A DNA stretch of 64,000 bases from Fimicolochytrium jonesii (Eukaryota): NCBI RefSeq assembly GCF_025526975.1, contig NW_026515684.1, positions 372,001 through 436,000 of the forward strand, in the 5' to 3' direction. Positions 53,208 through 64,000 of this stretch are shown here, one piece after another. The position numbers and the translations under genes are program-made. Within the stretch, counting starts at the first letter, position 1; each line of letters opens with the position of its first letter. A model generated the notes under the pieces. The model saw nothing but the letters and a program-made list of their open reading frames with translations, was not told the origin of the DNA and ran no database searches.

Positions 53208-55767
53208 TCACAATATTCCCTCGGTCATCCCCGTCATTCCAGCCCCGTTGACCCCGCCATGTGCGACAGCAGCCGCAGCCGCTGCAGCCGCTGCTTTTAT
53301 TTGCTTTGCCGTGGGTTTGCGCGGCTTTGTTGGCGCCTTTGATTTACTAAGGCGGCGTTGAGGGGACATGCCCGCGCCCGCGGGGGACGTGGCCGAGTCC
53401 GACATCGGATCCGCGGTCGTCATTGTCGGCGTAGCGGAAGTCGTGATGGTGGCATGGTTTGCGGGCCGCTTCGCCGGTCGACCGGTGGCCCCAATGCTCG
53501 ACTTCCGAGGCGGGTTTCCGCTCCCCACATTGTCCAATTCTCCGGACAACGGGGCGCTGTGGTAGTCCGCGGCAGCCGCGGCTTGACTTATTGCCCATGT
53601 GTCCAAGTCCTCACAGGATCGCCGTTTTTGCCCTAAGACAAAAGGAATGATGAAAATAAGTAAACATGCCAGAAGGGCTGTTGACTCAACCATATAGTAG
53701 CCAATGCGATGGGGACATGACACATACCACGCACACCGTTACTCCCACGCATCACGCCATACTGCTGCTGTGATGATGATGCTCCGGGGTATACTTGCTG
53801 CTGCTGCTGATGTTCAGCGAACATTGCAGCCTGCGCCTGCGCAAGCTGTTGTTGCTGGTGATGTTGCTGGAAAGCAGCAGTGCGAGGATCGACGCGGTTA
53901 TGGAAGGAGCCGGAGGGAGGGCCTGCAGCTTGAAATTGTGCTTGACCTTGATACGAGTACGACGGAGCGCCATTCCCTCGGACGAACGCCTGTTGCTGTG
54001 CTTGCTGTTGGTGAAGTTGCGGGTGGTGAACAATTTGATCCGCCTCGTACGGGTCGAGACCCGCTGATGTCAATTCCACGAAGCGTACCGTGGCCTCGTC
54101 AATGCACAAAGAATGTGCTCGGGCAGGTCCGACAGACGACTGCTGCATGCCGCCGTAAGTCCCAGCCGACGATTGCTGCGCAAACGGGATCCTGGTGCCA
54201 ACGCCCGGGGGCATCGTTGCGTACGGCGGGGGTGGCGATATCGATGACGATGCACTTGAGACAACATTCTCAAGCTTCTGTTGAGTAACTATCTTTCCTA
54301 ACTGGTGTGAGGTTTGTTTCTCGTGGCCTGCGAGTTGTTGTCCTCCACCTTGAATTTGAATTGAGCTTTGCCCCTGCGTTTGACGGGGATGGTGCACCAG
54401 TTGCTGCTTCACTGCAGGTAAGCCGGCCGCCAACGCTGGGTCGAGGCTGTCGAAGCCATGATGCCCGTCTTTCGTTACCCACGAGATCAATGTGTTCCGA
54501 GCGAACATTGCCCGTGCGGCTAATCAAACAGGAAAGACGATAGAGTAATGAGTGGCAGGATATGTTGTCCAAGCTGAACTGATTCATGAGGTGCACCAGA
54601 ATCAGCTTACCTTTGACGCTGGTCTTGCGAGCTTCGTATATCATTGGGACAAGTAGCATCGAGGCCCGAGCTACCTTCAACCTTCTGTGACACAAGACAG
54701 GTAGCTTCGTGACGGCATGGAGGGTTACACCGCGAGCCGAAGCCGATGCATCCACAGCTGGGCGCAAATGCACCACGTTGAGTTCCGTTATTTTCTTTGC
54801 TTGAAAATGAAAGATAGCAAACTGGCCCTGAGGATTGAGATTGACAAGCAGTATTCCATCGTAGATGACCTGCGGAATGCGGAATTTGACATCGTGAGTT
54901 CGGTGGGTACGACGATGATAAACAATAGTACATGTTCCTTTCCGTTGTTGGCGATGCATGTTCACCCGATGTATCGCATTACATACCGTTTGGCCACCTG
55001 CATATTCGCAATGATATTGGGTATGGGGAAAGCTGAGGTAACAATGTTGTTCCTTGTTATTCATGGGGTGGACGGGTTGTCCGAGGGTCAAACTTGTCCG
55101 CGTCAGTCCGGTTTGGTATAGCGTGGCAAAGTGGCGGGCCATCATCGCCACATTCATATCTAAAACGGACGGAGGATAGAGGATTTGGAAACACATTTCC
55201 CGATGCTACATGAACTTGCAAATGAACGTACCATAGCATGCCTCTGCCCCTGGTATCATAAATTCTAAGATAAAACGCCCCTCGCCGGCAAAGAAGCTCG
55301 TCCCGAGGCCCTTCCAATACGCGAAGTCTCGCTGCACCTGTGGATAAAACAGGTGTTGTCAGCGTTGGAGAAACGGAAGTCTAGCTGCTTACATATGCAC
55401 GCCTCTTTCGACCTACCTTTGGATCCCTTGGAAATAGGGCCCACACAAGCTCCGAAACCTTCCAAAGGACTTCTGGCTTTGTCCATGTTTTTGGCTGGCC
55501 TTGAAAGGCTTGCCTTACCGGGACCGTTCCCGCAGACTGGGGTGGTATTCCCGGGGGCACAGCAGCTCCGCTCCGTACCTGCAAGAGCGGCAAAGCGGGC
55601 GGCGGGCCGCTGACCCTGACCGTTGGTGGAGGCGCTAAAGCGACTGCCGGTGGCCTATGCGAAACTATGTGACCTCCGTGCAGGTGCTGCTGCCCGTGCG
55701 CATGTGCGTAACCGTGACCGTGCTGCACGCCTACTTGCCCCAGGACTTCGGCCATTTTCGACGACAA
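53208..55767 (-). CDS. LIM-domain-binding (LDB/SEUSS/Adn1/PtaB/Mfg1-like) transcriptional co-regulator with a Q-rich C-terminus, spliced
   Basis: Spliced reading VQRDFAYWKGLGTSFFAGEGRFILEF..YDMNVAMMARHFATLYQTGLTRTSLTLG..LSFPHTQYHCEYAGGQT|VIYDGILLVNLNPQGQFAIFHFQAKKITEL follows the LIM_bind pattern (YW..F..FF; LPRYF..FESG; V..EG.L.V.F). Q-rich exon 53633-54508. Confidence 0.7.
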
Positions 55768-57499
55768 TTCTCTTCCTCGAGCCAGCGTCCCCCAGCGGCG
55801 GCTATGGGCGAGCGCAAGACGCAGTGAGATTCCCGCTCAGAAAGAGGGGGTTAGCAGGTCGGCGAGGGAGCGAATTCCGAGCTGCAAGTTCAAGGTCTAC
55901 TACTCCCCGTCGAGTAAACAAGTCCCTCGCACTCGTCCGTCTAAAGAGGTCTAAGCTTAACTCTAATCAGCGCGCCTCCTCGTCTGCGACTTTCCCATCA
56001 TCGCACATTAGGGAACCCGCTCTCCTTGCATGGTTCCCGCCTAATCCGTTTATTTGAAGTGATCGGCAAAGTTCGAGTTGTGGCTTTTCGTGGTTTTGAC
56101 TTCAAATTTCTTGGGTTTGCTGGACTACAGCAAGCATTATTGCGAATGAGTTCACCACGCCAAAACGACGACAGCATTGGCGATAACCACAGCGTAGGTG
56201 TTATAGTCCCTCGCCGGCAGCGCAAGGGCCCATAAGATATCATACGTGAGGGGTTAATGGGGAGGCAGACGTAATCTACAAAAACTGGGCACCCAAATCG
56301 GAGGAGCTGGTGAGGAGCTGGTGACTTATATTATCCTGCATACCGTCATAACGCACGCCGGCATATATGGCGGGCTAGATATATGTTCCGCCCGACCCCG
56401 CACGACGTCGGCTTTGCCCTCGGCGTGTGTTTTCGGCAACACAAGGGGAAACGGAAACTGAAATTCCCGGGCAGGTAGGTAGGCACTGTCGGGTATGGTT
56501 CGCTCTGAGAGACCGAGCGTAATGTTTTTTATGGCGAGAGCGAGGAGAGCGAGCGCCTTCGCGAGCCACAGCGAGCCACCTTGCGCCAACGGCGCAATAT
56601 CCTCCCCGCATTTTCTTTCCAGCCAAAGACATCTATTGGAGTATTTCGTTGTGAAGAGCTCTCCATGTCAGCGAGCAAATGCCTAGGAATGGCCATCGCA
56701 ATCGCAAAGCAGAAATTCGTGGGCCTGAAGGCAATGCATAGTAGGGCTCGCTCTGGGAGGAGGTGGACCAGAGCAGACTGCCTTCGCGGACGACGGAACG
56801 GCTGGAACGGTGAAATGAAAAGATTTTGTGTGACGAGTGACGGCGGAAAAAAGAACGCGACAGATGCAAGGTTCGAGCTTCAGCGGGCATGCCCTTCAAT
56901 GTTGAGAGCGAAGACCCCCCCCTGGCTGGAAAGTGACATCAACTTATTGTGCTACCCAGAGGCAAGTCTAGTAGATCTAGTACGGCTCAATTTCCGCTCC
57001 ATGGACATCAAATTGCGATGGGCCATCACGATTGTTGATTGTGGGCTTGTGTATCCACGTTGGTACAGGTTCCAGACATCTTCAAAGCCTTCCAAGGTTC
57101 ATCAGCGCTCACATACTTTGCGCAGGCGCGTCGAGAGGCAGGAAACAACTCCGCCGGTCCTTTTTCCACAGCTCCTTTTTCTTGCCCGTTCACTCCCATT
57201 AAAACAACCAACCCCAACCTGCAATCCTGACAATATTGGACATCACTAAACAGGGTATGGGGAATCGTTTGAGCTACTTTATTTGACTTGATAATCAGTA
57301 AAATGTGGACTTTTATCTATTAAAAGTGCTGGAAGCGAAATCCTCAAACACACGTCCAATCAGTAGAAGTTTTTCCCATCCGTGTTCTGGAAGGTCTATC
57401 CGCTGTGGCTCACTCCAATAGGTATGCTTGGTCTGTTGTGAAAGTTTCAGGTGGGGGAGCCTCAAACAGATTGGTGGAGCGTTCATTTTATTGTGTGCA

Positions 57500-58050
57500 G
57501 TGCTTAGGGCTTCAAACTGGACCAATGCGCTTCCCCTGCACACTCTAACTAAATTCTGAATCACCAGATCGATGCAGCGAGCTTCGGGGAACCATTCCAT
57601 ATTCACGGATTTCAAATCGCGCAAAAACGGAGGGACTTTTCCTAGTTAGACGTTGCTGAAACGCGTTTTTTTAACGTTGGTAGGTCTATGCTTTGGCGGG
57701 TTCTGGGGCATTCAATACAGACACGATCTAGAATCTGAATCTACAGATCTACGCGGCGAGGGCTTAGGAACCATTCCATATCCACGAATTTCAACTCGCT
57801 TTGAAAACTGAGGGACTTTTCCTTGTTGTCCGTCTTTGCAAAAACGCTTTTTTTGTCGCCAAGGTAGACATGACCTTCAGTGGGACCCAGTGCAGTCAAT
57901 ACACACGCAATCTCATATCCGACCTAACACATCAACGCAGTGGGCTCCGGGATACCATTCCATTTTCACGGATTCCGAGTCGCTCGAAAACTGAGGGACT
58001 TTCCCTTGTCGCCCGTCTTTGCAAAAAACGCTTTTTTCGTCGCCGAGGTA
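57500..58050. repeat. Three diverged ~180-bp tandem repeats
   Basis: Anchor ACCATTCCA at 57591, 57770 and 57954 (periods 179 and 184). Each is followed by AAAAC.GAGGGACTTT.CC and AAACGC..TTTTT. Confidence 0.88.
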
Positions 58051-58119
58051 TCTCCCTGAGACCATTTGCTAGTGGACGCAAGCCGCTAATGTTTGAACCT
58101 CTTCCTAGTGCCATTTCAG

Positions 58120-58695
58120 TCCTCACTGACATCAAGGTTGACAGGGGGAGAGGTCGCAGCGGTCATTGCTTTACAGGTTACGGTCAACTCGACAACCGAC
58201 GACGGCGCAAGAGGCATCCAACACCGTGAGGTGTCACAACGTGGCTTTGACGGATTCAACAATGGGCCAACATACGAGAAGGATGGAAAGACAGTTGGAA
58301 AGTGGTCGTACAAAATTGGAATGTATCGATTCACTGCGGGCGATGATGGGCTGCTTCTTGGGGAGGCTGATATTCCTCTAGCGCAGCGGGGACGCACCGC
58401 ACAGGGCCAACTCAAAGTCAAGCTTGGACCTCACATCGACATCACAAAGTATGCCTTCCCGTGTGGCCCTGGACTGCGCATTGCTCTTCCATGTGGATGC
58501 TGCATGCACCGCGGACTTGGAGCAAAGAGCCTATGCCGCCACTGCCCCAAAATCACCAAGGAGGTCATGAAGGTCATCATTAGCCACCGTAACACCCCCG
58601 TACAGGGATGGAGCCGTACTGGGACCCCTGGGGAGGAGAGTCATGAGGAATTTGCGGGATTCAACGAAAACGATGCTCAGGTTTCCGTAGATTAG
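58120..58695 (+). CDS. Orphan Cys/His-rich ORF, probably a terminal exon or transposon fragment
   Basis: Open frame of ~190 codons after a GCTAAT..TTTCAG acceptor-like signal. Contains C..CGCC.H..C..C. No upstream exon could be assigned. Confidence 0.35.
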   Translation, partial: SSLTSRLTGGEVAAVIALQVTVNSTTDDGARGIQHREVSQRGFDGFNNGPTYEKDGKTVGKWSYKIGMYRFTAGDDGLLLGEADIPLAQRGRTAQGQLKVKLGPHIDITKYAFPCGPGLRIALPCGCCMHRGLGAKSLCRHCPKITKEVMKVIISHRNTPVQGWSRTGTPGEESHEEFAGFNENDAQVSVD

Positions 58696-58899
58696 TGTTT
58701 TCTTTTGTTTTTGTTGTAACAATAAATAAAGTAATGAGACAGTTTTGAAGAGCAGCCTCTTGTGCACATTATGTACTACAATATTTGGGGGGGTCGTTGC
58801 CTGTATGCAGAGGCCGTGGGGTTTGAACATGGGGGATGGTAGTTGAGCGGCTCAGCCTGGCGACGGTCGGTGCGACTGCGCAAACGTATGTGAGCGCTG

Positions 58900-61800
58900 G
58901 GTTCCAAGGCATCTCCCAAGTCATATTGAAACCTTAGCTAATATAGGTGTATCTGAGAGGGCACTAAGAATGATTCCCCGACGACTGAGAATGTGGGCAC
59001 CCAGAGTGTAATGTGGGTTGTCTGGTCTTATTGGAGAACAACGCGTCAGTGAAAGACCGATCGTAATAAGCAACGTATGCCGCAGGTATAAAGTATGCGC
59101 GCCCTGACAGATAGTCGATGAAGACAATAATACTGGCGTATAAGGCATCACTATGCACCTTCCCCCACGCTCGATGCTCGATCTCCGACGATCACAGCTG
59201 CGGTACCTGTATGGCGCCATACCTCACGGAAGTAGAGATGGGCCAACTCCTCGGCAGTTATCATGGATGCCGCAGGTATAAAGTATGCGCGCCCTGACAG
59301 ATAGTCGATGAAGACAATAATACTGTTGTAAAACGCATCACTAGGCACCTTCCCCCCCCACGACCGTGTTATTGGCATCGAGACAGGGTCCATACCCATT
59401 GTGTGCCAACGTCGGTCAGGTACTGGGAGCAAACGAAGTAAGCCAACACGCTTATTCTTTGGCGACTTGCACCTTTGGCAAGACCCACAAGTCTTGATGT
59501 ACCCTCTCAAGTCTGCGTCCATATTGGGCCAATAAAACTCGTGTAGGAGCTTGCCCAATGTACCTTGTACCCCCGTATGCGAGCCAGAGAGCAACGAGTC
59601 ATGGTACGCCTGCAATACAGTCCCTCGTAAAGCAGCTGGCACGTAGAACCTATTGTGGTACAGTAAACGACCAGGCTCATCGATCGAGAAACGTTGATCG
59701 AATGTAGACTGTTTTTCCTTTGGCTGTGACAACGCATCTTTCCGTGAAGCAAAGTCCTCATCCGCCTCCAAGCTTCGTATCCAAGCCTCAAGCGTAACAT
59801 TCCCCAAAGGAATATACTCAACGGACACCCCCATGGCCGCAGCGATTTCCACTCGCTTGTTACACTCAGCGCAGCGAGGAGCGTAATTACGACTCAACAC
59901 ATCCGCAACGGTGTTCCAACGACCAGGTTGATATTCAATATCAAATTTGAATTGTTGCAGGAATTCAACCCATCGTGCTTGGCGATGGCTCAGGAAGGGC
60001 TGTGTCTGCAGCCAGACCAAACTAGCGTGATCGGTGAACGCGCGAAACGGACGGTCATTCTTCCGATCCTGCAAGTAATGCCTGTTCGCCCTGCATATGC
60101 TAACCAGAGCTAATAGCTCTTGTTCGTGCACATGTGTCAGCAAGTAGCATCTTCCGCCCAAAGAAAGCTATCGGCTTTCACAGCGGCAGATTCTTAAATC
60201 CCTTCACCGAGGTAGGCAACGGTGATGGGTAATGCTCCGATGGATCCGCTGGCTGGGCGAGCCATCCGCCTATCGCAAAACCCAATGCATCTGTGAACAC
60301 CTATAAATCTCGCTCCGGGTTGTAAGACGCGAGCGCAGGAGCTGTGATAATAGCTTCCTTCAGATTAACAAAAGCTTGTTCTTCGACATTGCCCCAGTGC
60401 CAAGGCCTTTTGCCCGACTGTAGCTCTGTCAATGGATACGCGATGTATGCATAATGATCGACATATTGACTCGGTAATTTCTCAGCCCTAAGAAAGACTG
60501 AAGCTCTTTCTGTTTCGTAGGACGTGCAAAGTTTCACACGGCGTCCAATTTCGAGGGTGCAATGGCCATTGTCTCTTCTCCCAGGAGATGACCGCAGAAT
60601 TCAAGCTCCTTCTGCATCCATTTGCACTTGGACGGCTTAACATAAAGTTTGTGCTTGGCGAGAACAGCCAAAACGCTATCCACATGAGCGATATGCTCCT
60701 TGGCCGTTTCCGAGAAGTTCAAGATATCATCCAGGTAAGATATGACAAACTCATCGTACATCTTGCCCAATATCTTATTGGTTAACCTTTGGAACGTTGC
60801 TGGCGCATTTGTCAATCCAAATGGCATAACCAAGTACTCGAAATGACCAAACCGCGTCCGAAACGCTGTTTTGTCTCTATCAGCCTTGCGAACCAAGAGG
60901 CGGTGATACGCATCTTTGATATTCAACAAAGACTTGAACTTCTTTCCACGTACCCGATCCCGCATCTCTGCAAGATTTGGTAACGGCGTACGAGCCTTTA
61001 TCGTTGCTTTATTCAGCCCACGATACTCGATGCACATGCGGAGACTGCCATCCTTTTTCTTAGCGATTAACACTGCCGCGCCCCACGGGCTCTGCGAGCA
61101 TTGAATCCAACCGCGCTCGAGCATGAGAGTAACCTTCTCATTCAGCTCTTTGAGTTCGGCTTCGCTCATATGTCGTAAGGGATTAAAGACTGGTTTCGTA
61201 CCAGGCTCCAGCTCGATACAGAAGTTATCTTCACCTCCATCGGACGGCAACTCTGCGTGCTCAACAAACAAACTATCCACGTACTTCTCCAACGTTGGAT
61301 ATAGAAGATGATCCGATGGCACGCCCAAATCAACATTCTGTCCTGTAGCTTCGCACATCTGAACCTCTGGCTCTGGTTCGCGCGATGGCGCTCATCTGCA
61401 GGGACATAAGCTGGTGACGCATTCACTGCAGCTTCTATGTCCATAGCGTAGGCTATGTAACTGTAACACTTCCCATACACCTTTTTGCGAGATAAGCGAG
61501 TGAACTTCTGATAAGTTACAACTCCTACACTCGAGTCTTCTCGTTCAGGCATTCGCCGGCTTGAAGCGTTTAGACTTCTTTCTGATGTCAAAGGACCGCA
61601 GATCGGCCGCATTACAGGACGATTGGGATTCCCATTTCCTAGTTACTGGTCTGGCAACTAGGGTGTGTTCAACTTCATCTGTACGGAATCGTAGAACAGG
61701 AATCTCATCCTCTATGTGCTCGAAACGAACATCGTCAAGCATATAGATCCATGGCAATCTGAGGATAACATCTACCCGCAGAGGAGCGACCACAAATGGA

Positions 61801-63600
61801 AGCTTGTCTCTGGAATGGTGTCGTCCATCTCCCCACAACTGTAGATCGCCACAAAATAATTTGTTGGCATTGAATGTATGGCCGTCGTCGCCCCAGGCGA
61901 CATCAATGGGCAGTTTAGGGTTATAGGTTTGGAAACCATGTTTCGACACCCATCCCTGACGTACCATCAGTGTTGCGCATCCCGTATCGATCAGAATACG
62001 ACAAAACTTGCCATTCAACTTGCCATGAACTACAAATGCACATCGTGCGATCAACGCATCGGGTTGCAATTGCAGTGCTTCAGGCCTAGTCTTCAAAACG
62101 GTTTCAGTCTCATCTGGCCGGCACAGGCGCGCCCCCGCAGCAGATGTATTGCTACAATCAACCAGTATACCATCAGCGGACTCCGGGTGTATAGCCTCAA
62201 GTTCCTCCTCAATGGACACCATTGCACAATGAGACGAATAAACGGTGTCTTTATTAAACGTCTCTACTGAAAACCCTCTTTCTGACCAGCATCCCAACGC
62301 GGCTTATCCTTAGCCTCGTCGGACTTCTTATCCTTCTTCTTTTTGGGACAATCTCGCGCACAATGACCCATCTCGTTACAATCGAAACACTTCATGTGCG
62401 AGAGGTCTGGGTGTGCATAAGGTTCAGCAGCTTCTGCCTTTTTAGCTTTCCCCCCTTCTTGCCCGCAGTACCCACGGCAGAAGAGACATTAGCACGTTTA
62501 GGCGCACTACTACCAGAAGCAACCGCGTTATCGCTTGAGTCGGTCCCCTTATTGGCGAGACGACGTACAGCAAACAAACTAAGCGCACGATCCATCAAAC
62601 GAATCAATGGAAATGCGAGCAGAGGGTGTTGCTCCCTATAATCAACCATCGTATGCAATAACGACTGGGCGATCTCATAGCCGACGGTATTGGTCCTATT
62701 GTGAGTAAGACCTCAAAGAAACAGGTTAATCAAATCGTCCAGACTGATAACCTCCAGGTTGCGCTGTGCCTCGGCAACGATACGTTTGAATTCCGTTACG
62801 TATGAATCCATCGACTTATGAAACGTCATACGCTCCAGAGCATTGAGCGCGTTTGTTTTCGTGTTTGTAGGATAGAAGGCTAGTTTGAAAGCCGTCTCAA
62901 AATCCTCTTTCCGCATGTCAAGCCTGCATGCGGTGTCGAACCAGGTACGTGCGTCGCCTTCAAGCGAGCTCGAGACCTTCTGCATGTACTTGAAGTCGTC
63001 AATCGGAAGACCAAAAGTAACCATGAATTCCGTATGCTTCTGCAAAAACGTGTCGACAAAAGTGGCCTCGCGCCGTTTGCCATTAAATGGATGCTGCAAG
63101 ATCCATGTACCATGGTGTCTACGCTGCTTGATATAGAATGGATCCACCAACCCAACCTGCAGCACATCACGGCGCATTGTGGAGTCACGCTCCAACGTAG
63201 CTCGCAAACGATCCTGTTGAGCCTGATGTTCCTCGGCATGTTGATCGCGAACTTCTGCTCGAGCGGCAGCCGCAGCAGTCTTCATTTGGGCATTGAGCTC
63301 CCCTACGGAGATCGTCAACATAGCCGTAGCGGGCCGGTGACCAGCAGGAGGCGGAGGAGGTCCACCGACCTGGATACCCTCCATTGGAACAGGTCCCGTT
63401 GTTCGAAGAGGAAGAGGCAGGCGAACTTCAACACGAGGTTCGTCCACAGAAGTCTCCGGCTCCTCAACGATCTCAGTAGTAGCAGCTGTACCCCCAGGAG
63501 TAGTTTCCCCACTCCTGGTAACTGTACTACCCGTTGATGTACTGATGACGACCTTCTGGCCAGTGTAATCTCGTTTTCAGCTCGCATAACCTCAAACAAC
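58900..63600 (-). mobile_element. Degenerate Ty3/Gypsy LTR retrotransposon internal region (gag-PR-RT-RNaseH-IN), frameshifted, integrase truncated
   Basis: Gag LEGDARTWF and zinc knuckle CFDCNEMGHCARDC (~62350-62390). Protease ILIDTGC. RT SPWGAAVLIAKKKDGSLRMC..KTAFRTRFGHFEYLVMPFGLTNAPATFQR..YLDD. RNase H EQELLAL..FTDHASL. Integrase H..H..CGSC and DDE start. The domain order PR-RT-RH-IN is Ty3-type. Confidence 0.95.
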
Positions 63601-64000
63601 GACGAATACATCCAGGAAGCGGACAGAGGTACTCCGTTGATGTTGTATAGCTCAGTACCTTGAGCAAATACACACAAACAACTAGGTTCTCGAATCAGGT
63701 AAATGCCGTATGCAATAACCAAAATTCGGGCATAGATTTTCCCGCCTTTTGAGCGAAAAATCCCCAAAATCCACCGTGTCCGATGTCGGCGGGTTTTGGC
63801 TACGGTGATCCTAGACAGCATCTGAAGCTATCAGTTTAAAGAGGCCTTTGAGAGGATCAAGAAGTACCCTAATGGCTTAGCTCTGTCCCAAAACCGAAAG
63901 ACTTTTCCTATCCGCCCGTTTTTGCTTAAGTATCGAATTAATGACGAAGGCGATGACAGATTACTTGTTTTGCCGTGATTCAAAAATCCCAAAACGTTCA

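Noticed and set aside
56581..57249. 222-aa plus-strand ORF
   Set aside because: Non-ATG start inside a repeat motif and no recognisable domain, so it is not supportable as a CDS.

Overview
Gene-dense, intron-rich eukaryotic DNA, most likely from a zoosporic (chytrid-type) fungus. It carries fungal-type genes (Sla2, Prm10/ThrE, Get2, Jhd1-like) together with the flagellar genes RPGRIP1L and DRC1 and a CARM1-like gene. About 14 conserved spliced genes can be built by eye. Accessory segments are at ~11.8-18.4 kb (orphan GPI-type surface protein, LTR-like segment, F-box-like relic), ~46.8-53 kb (strongly divergent cyclin among many local duplications) and ~56.3-64 kb (~180-bp tandem repeats, Cys-rich orphan ORF, decayed Ty3/Gypsy element). 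The most unusual non-coding signals are: (1) short foldback elements made of head-to-head TTAGGG/CCCTAA-like repeats capped by TGTCATGG..CCATGACA, with apparent 5-bp target duplications, at two loci; (2) a family of GCGAGC-GN(N)A-GCGAGC motif arrays inside introns of unrelated genes, on the sense strand; (3) a repeating C-rich-then-G-rich compositional wave across many exons. All calls come from reading the sequence; no database searches were run and exon boundaries are manual estimates.
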